Below are positions 46,966 to 56,307 of a stretch of DNA of 64,000 bases, piece by piece. Source of the DNA: Dehalococcoidia bacterium (lineage in GTDB: Bacteria > Chloroflexota > Dehalococcoidia > Lucifugimonadales > VXLM01); the NCBI GenBank assembly GCA_963667105.2, contig OY763089.1, forward strand, positions 1,306,362 to 1,370,361. The letters are read 5' to 3'. A program made the position numbers and the translations under genes. Position 1 is the first letter of the stretch. Every line of letters starts with the position of its first letter. Below the pieces are notes generated by a model. The model ran no database searches. It saw only the letters and a program-made list of their open reading frames with translations, and was not told where the DNA came from.

Positions 46966-48298
46966 TGAACATTATGACCGATGAGACGGCTTTTGAGAGG
47001 TTGAATAGCGAGTGCCGGATGCGGCTCTCGTCCGAGCAGATCGCGGAATTCGAGCGGCTTGGAGAGGACGAGGGTATGGCGCGGATGCAGCGGTGGCCGA
47101 TTGGCTCTCGCGCGTCAACGTGCAGAACCATGACGGCGTGAGGATCACGCCGGTGTTGTCGGCCTTGTTGACGCAGACGGAGGATGTCGAGGGGACGATC
47201 AGGCACTTGGACGGACTGCGGGCGAAGACGAGACACGGGCAATTCGACGCGGACGATGAGTTGATGCGCGAGTTGGAGTACCACCGGTTCGCGTCGGAGT
47301 GCAATCGCCAGCGCGACTGGCCGGAAGAACCGGATGAGCAGCGAGCGTTGTTCGATTCGCTGACCGTACTTGAAGACCAGCGTGACGACCCTGCGGTCCT
47401 CACCGAGGAGGACCTTCGGGAGGCCCGCCGCGCTGCCTATGAGGCGGTCGAGCTGCTGCGGTTTCTGCGCGAGTTCAAGGCGGGAACGTCGCGGCCCGTC
47501 GTCGTCTTCGGGAACGAGCGGTACGGGCGGGACTGGGTCGTGCAGCCTTTGGAACCCTACCTGCGGGACGACTTCGACATCCGCTACTGGCGGGTGCAGT
47601 CGCATAGCTCGATGAGGCTGACGGTGCCCCACTGGATCGGCAGGTGGAACCGGTCGGGATTCCCGCCGGAGTTCTGGGTGGAGATGAGCGAGACGCAGCC
47701 CCACATCGTCGTCGTGGACGAGTGCAGCCCGCGAAGGACGGAGCGCTACAGCAAGTTCGCGCGCGGGAGTCCGCGACATGCTCAACTGGTTCATGGTGTT
47801 CAATGACATCCGGGCGCAGGGGGACGGCTCGGCGTACGAATCGGAAAGTACCCTACCCGCCCACCACTTCCCGAGCTGCGGAAGTGGCACGAGTACGTCG
47901 TCACCAAGCGGGATATGCAGCACTACGTCGGGCCGGGCGCGACCTACCGCATCCGTCACTGGGCGCCGGAGCTCAAGGCGGAGGTGCTGATGGGAGACAT
48001 GGTCGTTCCGAGCCGTCCAGCCGAAATGGGAGAAGACGCGCCGACCGTCGTGCTGGCGAATCCCGCCGTCTACAGAACCGAGGGTGACGACCTGCCGGAG
48101 CCGCTCAGGGGCACACGCCCCTACTTTTTCAACGACCCCGAGTACCGGGTGCGGGAGAAGGTCGTTCCGGGGTTCGGCGCGCACGGATTCGAGACGCGAG
48201 TGGTAGGGCCTACGACGGACGAGTACGTGATCGCAGCACGGCTGCAGATCGAGAAGGAAATCGCGGCGATGCTGGACGGGACGGAGCAGACGGCATGA
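46954..48298 (+). pseudogene. Hypothetical protein of about 447 aa, unknown family, three frame disruptions
   Basis: Protein-like reading passes through four ORF pieces: 46954.. (MTGNVNIMTDETAFERLNSE), 47012..47806, 47778..47990 and 47915..48298. The junctions are at about 47070..47095, 47761..47770 and 47871..47874. The TGA stop overlaps the ATG of the next gene (ATGA at 48295..48298). Confidence 0.5.
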
Positions 48299-49425
48299 AG
48301 ATCACGCGAGTCGACGCCTACGCCATAGGCATCGGTGACGTCGGGAAGCCGGAGTACCTCGTCAACGAAGATTTCCGGTACTCCATCTACGGGACCCGCC
48401 ATCAGACCGTCATCGCGCGCATCGAGACCGACGCCGGCATCGTCGGCTACGGCGAAGGGCAGTCGCCGATCTCCCCGGAGACCACGAAGTCGATAGTTGA
48501 TACAGCGCTGAGGCCGATGCTCTTGGGCAGGGACCCGCTCGACTCGTCCGCGCTGTGGTACCGCATGTACTCGGCGATGCGGGAGCGCGGGCACCAGACG
48601 GGGTTCTATCCCGACGCGCTGGCGGCGGTGGACATAGCGTTGTGGGACATCAAGGGGAAGGCTACGGGCCTGCCGGTCTACAAGCTGCTGGGGGGAGCGT
48701 TCCGGGCGCACGTGCCCGTATACAACAATGTGAGCGCCACGACGCCCTCCGAGGCCGCGACGGAAGCGAAGTCGCACGTCGATGCGGGATACGGCGGCGT
48801 GAAGCTCCACATTCGCGGTACGCCATCGGAGACGGCGGAAGTGGCCGAGGCCGTCAGGGACGCCGTTGGGCCGGATGTCAAGATCATGGTCGACGTGCAC
48901 ACCTTCTATACTGTTCCGCCCGCCATTGCCCTAGGACGGAGGCTGGAGGCAATCGACGCGGCGTGGCTGGAATCGCCACTCGTCCCGGAGGACATCGGCG
49001 GCCTCGCCGAGCTTTCGCGCGCACTCGACGTTCCGGTGGCGTCGAGCGAGTGGACACGCACCCGCTGGGACCTGCGGGAGGCGTTCGAGCGGCGCGCGTT
49101 CGACATCGTCATGCCCGACATCGCGCGCACGGGTCTCACGGAGGGCATGGCGATCGGTACGCTGGCGGACACGTACAACATCCCTGTCGCCCCGCACATC
49201 GGCGGCGGAGGGATCGTCTCCATCGTCGCCTCAATCCACTACTCCGCCGCGATACCCAACTTCATCATCATGGAGCACAACCGCAACGCCTACCCCCTGC
49301 GTGGACGGATCGCGAGCGGACAGCCGGAGGTTGTCGACGGCGCGTTCCCGTTGCCGGAGCGTCCGGGGCTGGGGATAGAGATCAGCGATGAGGCTCTTGC
49401 CAAGTATTCGGTGGATGGGGGCTAG
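48295..49425 (+). CDS. Enolase-superfamily enzyme (mandelate racemase / muconate lactonizing family, sugar-acid dehydratase-like)
   Basis: MKITRVDAY...IVGYGEG, DIALWDIKGK, the metal-ligand regions MVDVH.., LESPL and DIVMPD, and a 376-aa length fit the family. Confidence 0.85.
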   Translation: MKITRVDAYAIGIGDVGKPEYLVNEDFRYSIYGTRHQTVIARIETDAGIVGYGEGQSPISPETTKSIVDTALRPMLLGRDPLDSSALWYRMYSAMRERGHQTGFYPDALAAVDIALWDIKGKATGLPVYKLLGGAFRAHVPVYNNVSATTPSEAATEAKSHVDAGYGGVKLHIRGTPSETAEVAEAVRDAVGPDVKIMVDVHTFYTVPPAIALGRRLEAIDAAWLESPLVPEDIGGLAELSRALDVPVASSEWTRTRWDLREAFERRAFDIVMPDIARTGLTEGMAIGTLADTYNIPVAPHIGGGGIVSIVASIHYSAAIPNFIIMEHNRNAYPLRGRIASGQPEVVDGAFPLPERPGLGIEISDEALAKYSVDGG

Positions 49426-49459
49426 GTGTCCTAAGAGGGTGTCAATGAGTCACCGGAAA

Positions 49460-49526
49460 CCGTTCGTGGTAAGCTTGTCGAACCATGAACGGTACCTCGA
49501 CCCTTCGACAGGCTCAGGGTGAGCGG
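49460..49526. repeat. REP-like element, family C (CCGTTCGTGG-loop-CCATGAACGG ... TTCGACAGGCTCAGGGTGAGCGG)
   Basis: A 10-bp stem (one G-U pair) at 49460..49492 is followed by a GC-rich tail, in the convergent gap between the enolase-superfamily and AKR genes. This is the only copy in the window. The motif resembles repeats common in environmental genomes, recalled from memory only. Confidence 0.45.
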
Positions 49527-49545
49527 AGCCTTCTTGGACACCCGC

Positions 49546-50487
49546 TCAGGCATACTCGACGATGTGACCGAAGAGCTCGACCAGTCGCTGAGAGTCGGCC
49601 TGGTCGAGGGCCGGGCGTTCAAGGGCGCGGGCGTTCTGCTCCAAGTGGTTGAGGTTCGACGTGCCGGTCAGCACCGTCGATATGGCCGGATGGTCGGCGG
49701 CGAACTTGTAGCCGGCGGCGACGACCGACTCCACGTCGTCGTGGACGAGCCATCCGAGCGGATCCTTCTCGGGCAGGCTGTCGGGCCGTAGGTAGCCCTT
49801 CTCCTTCCACTCGGTGACGGTCTGTTCGAGCAGGTCGGGATCCGGCAGGCGAATGCGCGCGGCGGCCATGTTGACGATTCCGACGTCGTGCTCGATGGCC
49901 AGCGGGAGAATCTCCTTCACGACGTGCTGATTGAGGATGCCGTATTTGAGCATTATCACGTCCCACAGGTGGGGGTTTCGTGTGAGCGAGATGAGTGCCC
50001 CGTCCTGTGGCGCGTCCACCATGAACTGCGTGCTCAGGCCGATGGCCCCGATCTTGCCCTGCTCGCGCGCCCGTTCAAGAATGGGATAGTATCGCTCGAC
50101 CCCATCGTCGTACCACTCGTCCGTTAGGCCGTGGAGCATGTAGATTTCGATATGGTCGGTGCCCAGGGTTCGAAGGCTCTCCTCAATCGCTTCGGTCAGG
50201 TCTTCCTCCTCAGAGCCGGTCGCCTCCTCCCCGATTCGCCATTTGGTGATGAGTTGGTATGAGTCGCGGGGGATGCCCTTGAGGCACTCGCCCAAAATCG
50301 ACTCGCTCTGCCCGTATCCCTTGGCGGTGTCGAACAGGTTGACGCCCAAATCAAGGCATCGGCGGACGAGCGCGACCTGACCGGAGCGCTCCATGCCTTC
50401 GTTTTGACCAAACAGCCTCGGCCCGCCGGTGCCGTAGCTGAGCAGGGACACCTTCAATCCGGTACGTCCGAGGGTTCTGTAGAGCAA
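49546..50487 (-). CDS. Aldo/keto reductase
   Basis: MLYRTLGRTGLKVSLLSYGTGG, FDTAKGYG and IEIYMLH fit the AKR pattern. Confidence 0.85.
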   Translation of the reverse strand: MLYRTLGRTGLKVSLLSYGTGGPRLFGQNEGMERSGQVALVRRCLDLGVNLFDTAKGYGQSESILGECLKGIPRDSYQLITKWRIGEEATGSEEEDLTEAIEESLRTLGTDHIEIYMLHGLTDEWYDDGVERYYPILERAREQGKIGAIGLSTQFMVDAPQDGALISLTRNPHLWDVIMLKYGILNQHVVKEILPLAIEHDVGIVNMAAARIRLPDPDLLEQTVTEWKEKGYLRPDSLPEKDPLGWLVHDDVESVVAAGYKFAADHPAISTVLTGTSNLNHLEQNARALERPALDQADSQRLVELFGHIVEYA

Positions 50488-50623
50488 CTTTTATATCTCC
50501 CATTCAACGTCGCGGCGTGATTGTACCCTGAAATACCGCTCTGCTACGACCCCGCGTTTGACAGGCCCACTCCGCACGCATACCATGCCGTAGGCTTGAA
50601 CCGACACGTTGGGAGTGGACCAC

Positions 50624-52048
50624 ATGGAAGACTTTGCGCAGTACGACGCGGTGGGGCTGGCGGAACTGATTCGCCGCAAAGAGGTGACGCCGCTTGAGCT
50701 CGTGGATGAGGTCATCGACCGCATCGAGCGGGTCAATCCGACGCTGAACGGCGTCACGATCGAGATGTACGACCACGCGCGGGAGTTGGCCCAGGGTGAC
50801 ATCGGGAGCGGGCCGCTTGCCGGAGTGCCGTTTCTGTTGAAGGACTTCCTCGCGGAGTATGCGGGAGTGGAGTATTCGGCGAGTTCCCGCTTCCTGCAGG
50901 GGTTTGTGCCGGACAGGGACACGGAGCTGGTCAAGCGATTCAAGGCGGGTGGATTCATCACGGTCGCGAAGACGAACCTGCCGGAGTTCGCCATCGGCGC
51001 GACGACCGAGCCGCGACTCCGGGGGGCGACGCACAATCCCTGGGATACCACGCGGACGCCGGGCGGGTCGAGCGGCGGCGCAGGCGCGATGGTGGCGGCG
51101 GGTGTCGTGCCCGTGGCGCACGGCAACGACGCGGGGGGATCGATTCGGATTCCGGCGGCGGCCTGCGGGACGGTCGGCCTCAAGCCGACGCGCGGGAGGA
51201 ATCCCCTCGGCCCGTACTTCGGCGAGGTGTTCTCCGGCTTCGTCGCCGAGCACGTCCTCACGCGCACAGTCCGCGACACGGCGGCGGTGCTCGACATAAC
51301 GGCGGGACCGGACGTCGGCGACTGGTATCCGGCGCCTCCTCAGACGGGGTCATACCTCGAAGAGGCCGGTACGCCGCCGGGCAGGCTTCGGATCGCCTAT
51401 TCCGCCGAGTCTCCGACCGGCACGGAGGTGCATCCCGACTGCGCCAACGCCGTCCGAGAGATCGCGGCGCTGTGCGAGGAGCTTGGGCACGACGTGGTGG
51501 AGCGGTCGCCGGACTATGACACGCATGGGCTGTGGCTCGACTGGACGACGATGATGTCGGCGGGCGTCGCGTGGGGGGTACACGGCTGGGAAGAGCGAAT
51601 CGGAAGGAAGGCCGGGCCGGAAGACCTCGAACCGTTCATCACGGCACTGGTGGAGCGTGGAGACGGCATCGGCGCGCCCGCGTATCTCGGCCACCTCGAA
51701 CGACTGCAACTGGGCGCTCGCGAGATCGGCAAGTTCTTTACCGAGCACGATGTCTGGCTCACGCCGACACTAGGAGAGCCTCCCCTCCCCCTCGGCGTCC
51801 TCACGTTCGACAGCGGCGACCCATTCGAGCTGCGACGCCGACAGGCGACGTTCTCGCCGTTCACGTACATCGCGAACGTGACCGGACAGCCGGGGATTTC
51901 GTTGCCGCTCGCGTGGAACGCGGACAATCTGCCCATCGGCATCCATTTCCTGGGACGCTACGGCGACGAGGCGACGCTCTTGCGACTGTCCGGACAGCTT
52001 GAAGAGGCGCGGCCATGGGCGGGGCGGAGGCCGCCGGTGTGGGCGTAG
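50624..52048 (+). CDS. Amidase (amidase-signature family)
   Basis: The AS motif is [49 protein letters not shown] 50624 follows GGGAG. The ORF-track start at 50609 is an alternative. Confidence 0.88.
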   Translation: MEDFAQYDAVGLAELIRRKEVTPLELVDEVIDRIERVNPTLNGVTIEMYDHARELAQGDIGSGPLAGVPFLLKDFLAEYAGVEYSASSRFLQGFVPDRDTELVKRFKAGGFITVAKTNLPEFAIGATTEPRLRGATHNPWDTTRTPGGSSGGAGAMVAAGVVPVAHGNDAGGSIRIPAAACGTVGLKPTRGRNPLGPYFGEVFSGFVAEHVLTRTVRDTAAVLDITAGPDVGDWYPAPPQTGSYLEEAGTPPGRLRIAYSAESPTGTEVHPDCANAVREIAALCEELGHDVVERSPDYDTHGLWLDWTTMMSAGVAWGVHGWEERIGRKAGPEDLEPFITALVERGDGIGAPAYLGHLERLQLGAREIGKFFTEHDVWLTPTLGEPPLPLGVLTFDSGDPFELRRRQATFSPFTYIANVTGQPGISLPLAWNADNLPIGIHFLGRYGDEATLLRLSGQLEEARPWAGRRPPVWA

Positions 52049-52161
52049 CAGGCTGCGGCTGTAAGAAAAGAGGCGTACTCCCCTAACAATCCAACTACGG
52101 ATATTGCACAATTTGAAAGTACTACTTGCAATTTGTGCAAATCGTTGGTATCTTAGCGTCC

Positions 52162-53334
52162 ATGATCGAACGCGAAATCACGGGCTGCTTGACCGCCCTG
52201 TTCGAGCAATACCCTTTTGTTACCGTGACCGGGCCGCGCCAGTCCGGGAAGACGACTCTTTGCCGCTCCGCCTTCCCGAATCTGGAGTACGTTAACCTGG
52301 AAGCGCCCGATCAGCGGGAATTCGCCGAGTCCGATCCGCGAGGCTTTCTCTCGCAGCTTGGCGAAGGGGCTATTATCGATGAGGTCCAGCACGTTCCGGC
52401 GCTCCTATCCTATCTCCAGGTTCTTGCCGACGAACGGGGCCGCAACGGCCTGTTCGTGCTCACGGGCAGCGAGCAGTTCAGGTTGTCCAACGCTATCAAC
52501 CAGTCTCTCGCGGGGAGGACGGCGCTGCTCCGCCTCTTGCCGTTCTCTCTTGCGGAACGGCAGCGCATTGGCGCCGGCGGCGCGATCAACGACATCCTGT
52601 ACTCCGGGTTCTACCCCCGAATTCTCGACCAGGGACTCGACCCGCGGCAGGCGCTCAGCGACTACGTGGAGACCTACGTCGAGCGCGACGTGCGGCGGCT
52701 GGGGGAGATACGCAACCTTTCGGGCTTCAGGCGCTTCCTGCGTCTGTGCGCCGGGCGGATTGGGCAGTTGGCAAACCTCAGTTCGCTGGGTTCGGATGCC
52801 GGAGTGTCGCACACCACCGCGCGGGAGTGGCTTACGGTGCTGGAAACGAGCTACGTCATCTTCCAACTATCGCCATATCATGCCAATATCCGAAAGCGCT
52901 TGGTCAAGTCACCCAAGCTGTACTTCTATGACGTGGGACTGGCCAGCTACCTCATCGGCATCGAAAACGCCGAGCAGGTCGCCACGCATCCCCTTCGCGG
53001 CGCCCTTTTCGAGAACATGGTCGTCATCGAGGCGCTCAAGCACCGGTTCAACCGGGGCCGTGAGTCCAACCTCTCCTTCTTCCGAGACTCAAGAGGCCTG
53101 GAGTGCGACCTCTTCTATGAGACCGGTCGCGGAATCCACGCCTTCGAGATCAAGTCGGGCGCTACCGTCGCCTCCGACTACTTTACGTCGCTGAACCGGG
53201 TGGCCGAACTGATTCCGAGCATCACCACGAAGACCGTGATATATGGCGGAACGACGCGACAGTCACGGACCGATAGTGAAGTGTTCCCCCCGGCCGAACT
53301 AAGCGGGGCGCTCGAACGATTTGAAGGGAAGTAA
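52162..53334 (+). CDS. AAA_14 ATPase with DUF4143 C-terminal domain
   Basis: Walker A is VTGPRQSGKTTL and Walker B is IIDEVQ. The C-terminal region has the typical DUF4143 layout (YHANIRKRLVKSPKLYFYDVGL). Start at ATG 52162. Confidence 0.75.
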   Translation: MIEREITGCLTALFEQYPFVTVTGPRQSGKTTLCRSAFPNLEYVNLEAPDQREFAESDPRGFLSQLGEGAIIDEVQHVPALLSYLQVLADERGRNGLFVLTGSEQFRLSNAINQSLAGRTALLRLLPFSLAERQRIGAGGAINDILYSGFYPRILDQGLDPRQALSDYVETYVERDVRRLGEIRNLSGFRRFLRLCAGRIGQLANLSSLGSDAGVSHTTAREWLTVLETSYVIFQLSPYHANIRKRLVKSPKLYFYDVGLASYLIGIENAEQVATHPLRGALFENMVVIEALKHRFNRGRESNLSFFRDSRGLECDLFYETGRGIHAFEIKSGATVASDYFTSLNRVAELIPSITTKTVIYGGTTRQSRTDSEVFPPAELSGALERFEGK

Positions 53335-53372
53335 CAAATTACCGCTGACCTTACCAACAAGGAGAAGAACCC

Positions 53373-54131
53373 ATGACCCTCCAAGACCGGACCGCCCACA
53401 ACGTCACGTTGCGGACGAACAACGTCCTTGCGAAGATGAGGAAGGGCGAGATCGCGTTCGGGTGCCAGTTCAACTCGCCGTCGTCGGAGCAGGTGGAGTT
53501 GCTGGGCATCGCGGGGTACGACTTCGTCATCTTCGACGGAGAGCACGGGAGCTTTACGCTGAGCGACCTGGAGGAGCAGAGCCGCGTCGCGCAGATGTGC
53601 GGGCTGACGCCGGTCGGCATGGTGCCCGACGTGGAGCTTCCTACCATCCACTCATTCTTGGAGCGGGGTATCATGGGGATTCACGCGCCGAACATCACGA
53701 CGGAGGAGGACGCGCGGAAGCTGGCGGAGGGCTGCCGCTACGCCCCGGAGGGCAGGAGGAGCCTCTCTTTCTCGCGGGCGTCGCACTTCGGATTCGGTCC
53801 GCCGAGGCCGGAGTACATGGCGCACGCGAACACGCAGATCGTCGTGATGGCGCTGATCGAGCACGTGGACGCGCTCGACAACCTGGACGGCATATTGTCA
53901 GTCGAGGGTATCGACTTCTACGGCATCGGGCCGAAGGACCTCGCACAGTCGATGGGACTGCCCGGACAGATGGAGCACCCGCGAGTCAAGGACTTCACCA
54001 AGCAAGTGACCGACGCCGTTCACGCGGCCGGCAAGAAGATGTCACACGAGGTCGTTGTGGCGCACCGCGCCTCGCACTTCTTCCTGGAGGCGGCTGTGGC
54101 GTTCAGAGAGTCGCGGCTGGCGCAGGTTTGA
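53373..54131 (+). CDS. HpcH/HpaI-family aldolase
   Basis: GYDFVIFDGEHG, RYAPEGRRS and MALIE..AL.NLD fit the family. Confidence 0.8.
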   Translation: MTLQDRTAHNVTLRTNNVLAKMRKGEIAFGCQFNSPSSEQVELLGIAGYDFVIFDGEHGSFTLSDLEEQSRVAQMCGLTPVGMVPDVELPTIHSFLERGIMGIHAPNITTEEDARKLAEGCRYAPEGRRSLSFSRASHFGFGPPRPEYMAHANTQIVVMALIEHVDALDNLDGILSVEGIDFYGIGPKDLAQSMGLPGQMEHPRVKDFTKQVTDAVHAAGKKMSHEVVVAHRASHFFLEAAVAFRESRLAQV

Positions 54132-54541
54132 AGTGAGAGGAGCGCGCAAGCTCACACCGATCCGCGATAGCTCTAAAGTTGGACGATTGCTACGGATCGC
54201 ACCTCTGGCAGGAGTCTACGAGGCGGCCAGTCGTATGTGCCCACGCAAGGGCCTTTGCCTTTGTCAGGAAGGGGCCGGGCCAGTCGTACTGCACCCAGAT
54301 GCACAGCGAGCGGTGAATTGTAGCTTTGGGCAGCGTGTCCTTAGCCGCGCCGTTTGGATTTACTCGATAGCTCATTCGGTCCCCACCCAACCTTCCCTGC
54401 TTCGTCACAGTACTTATAGCAGGAATGGCTTTCCGAAGACCATGAGGAAAAAGTACACAATTTGAACGATTCCTAGTGGCCGACGTTGCCCGCAAGCGGC
54501 ACGACCTCGCTCACAACGCGGTACGGAGCCAATTCTCGCGG

Positions 54542-55795
54542 CTAGCCTTCACTCCCCCATTCCACCAGCGCGGCGCGGAGGAGACCGAGGGTGTACATGC
54601 TGGTGCGCTGCCGGTCGGGGGCTCCGCGTCCGGCGGAGTTGAAGACCCGGGACTTCGTGCGGCTGCCGTCGGTGACAGAGATGTAGGTCGTCCCCTTGGC
54701 GAGATTCTGGGACATGTCACCCGGCTCAGGTACGCCGTGAACGGCCAGACCGATGTCAGCCCCGGAACGCGCGCGGACAGCCTCAGCCAGCTTGTCGGTA
54801 GCGGCGGCCTGATCGGCCAGAAAAGCGCCGACGTCCGACACATCGGCGCCCGCGATCAGTCGGCGAATCGAACCGAGGTTGTTGCCGATGGTGCCTTCGA
54901 CGAAGTGGTCCGCGCTGGCCTCGTGGAGCTTGGTGGCGACGATGCCGCTCGTGAGGTCCTCATAGACCGCTATGGTTGTGTTCCCCTGCTCCAGCAGCCC
55001 GCCGATGGCGTCCTCCAACGTCTCCTCGTCTACGGCGAAGACGTGCTTACCGAGGAGTTTGCGCACCTGGGCCTCGACCGGGTCGATGAGCTTGTTGGCC
55101 TCCTCGATACTTGACGCCTTCGCTGCTATGCGCACGTCGACCTGTCCAGGGTGGGCAAGCACCCCAACGGTCGGGTTTTCGGACCCAGCGATGAGATGGC
55201 CGATGCGGTCGTCGACGTTACTCTCCCCGAGGTCGCCTACCTTGAGGATGCGATAGGTCAGCGTCTCCGAGAGTTGAAACCTCTCGCGCAGGTACGGAAC
55301 GACCTCGTTGTCGAAGAGCCACTTCAGCTCGTGGGGCACGCCGGGAAGGGCGATGACCGCTCCACGCGGATCGTCGACGATGAAGGATGGCGCTGTCCCG
55401 TTCGGGTTGTGGACGGCTATGGCGCCCTCGGGAATATCGGCCTGTCGCTCGTTGTTCGGAGTCATGATGAACCCGCGCCTGCGGAAGCGCTGCTCGATGT
55501 CCTCAAGCAGTGCGGGGTCTCGCACCAGCTTCCGCCCGGTAGCGTCGGCGATGGTCTGGCGGGTCAGGTCGTCCTGCGTCGGGCCGAGGCCGCCTCCCGT
55601 GATGACGATGTCGGAGCGGTCCATTGCCCGGTCGATGACCGATCTCATGCGGTCGGGATTGTCGCCCACAATGGTCTTGTAGTAGAGGTCGACGCCAATG
55701 TCGGTGAGCCGCCGCGCCATCCACGCCGAGTTGGTGTCGACGATCTGGCCCAGCAGAAGCTCGGAGCCGATGGAGACTATCTCAGCGTTCGGCAT
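54542..55795 (-). CDS. cinA: CinA-family competence/damage-inducible protein (MoCF-binding domain plus nicotinamide-nucleotide amidase domain)
   Basis: The N-terminus is AEIVSIGSELLLGQIVDTNSAWMARRL..ITGGLGPTQDDLT, and a CinA C-terminal domain is present. Confidence 0.88.
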   Translation of the reverse strand: MPNAEIVSIGSELLLGQIVDTNSAWMARRLTDIGVDLYYKTIVGDNPDRMRSVIDRAMDRSDIVITGGGLGPTQDDLTRQTIADATGRKLVRDPALLEDIEQRFRRRGFIMTPNNERQADIPEGAIAVHNPNGTAPSFIVDDPRGAVIALPGVPHELKWLFDNEVVPYLRERFQLSETLTYRILKVGDLGESNVDDRIGHLIAGSENPTVGVLAHPGQVDVRIAAKASSIEEANKLIDPVEAQVRKLLGKHVFAVDEETLEDAIGGLLEQGNTTIAVYEDLTSGIVATKLHEASADHFVEGTIGNNLGSIRRLIAGADVSDVGAFLADQAAATDKLAEAVRARSGADIGLAVHGVPEPGDMSQNLAKGTTYISVTDGSRTKSRVFNSAGRGAPDRQRTSMYTLGLLRAALVEWGSEG

Positions 55796-55798
55796 ATA

Positions 55799-56275
55799 TC
55801 ACTTCCTCCGATCGACCGGCATGGGGCACACTTCAGTAGGCTTATCGTCAAGCATCGCCAGCAGTCCCTCCGGCACCAACCGTCCCCTACCCACCCTGAA
55901 GTCGTCAATCGGCTTCCAGACCGCCTTGATGGGCGAACCGTCGTCTTCCTGTCCCCAGATCGGGCAACGCCGGTACAGGCCTTCATCCACGAAGTCCGCT
56001 TCGTAGAGCATCACGATCTCATGTCCCAGCTGCCCGTGGACGGTGAAGATGTTTTCGAGCACGCCGAGCCACCGGATATTTCGGACTTCGGTGTTCAGCT
56101 CCTCGGCCATTTCCCTGGCGGCTGCCTCGCCGCTGGACTCTCCAAACTCGATTGTTCCGCCCAGCGGTCGGTAGTAGTGGTCTCTCTTCTCGGTGTCGTA
56201 GCCCTCGGATACGAGCAACTTGTCGTCACGTCGGATCACGCACAGAGCGACGGGCCTGACTGTACCGCTAACCAT
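55799..56275 (-). CDS. NUDIX hydrolase
   Basis: The Nudix box is GGTIEFGESSGEAAAREMAEELN. Confidence 0.8.
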   Translation of the reverse strand: MVSGTVRPVALCVIRRDDKLLVSEGYDTEKRDHYYRPLGGTIEFGESSGEAAAREMAEELNTEVRNIRWLGVLENIFTVHGQLGHEIVMLYEADFVDEGLYRRCPIWGQEDDGSPIKAVWKPIDDFRVGRGRLVPEGLLAMLDDKPTEVCPMPVDRRK

Positions 56276-56307
56276 GAGTTTCGCCCCGGTGGATGGCCAA
56301 GGAACGC

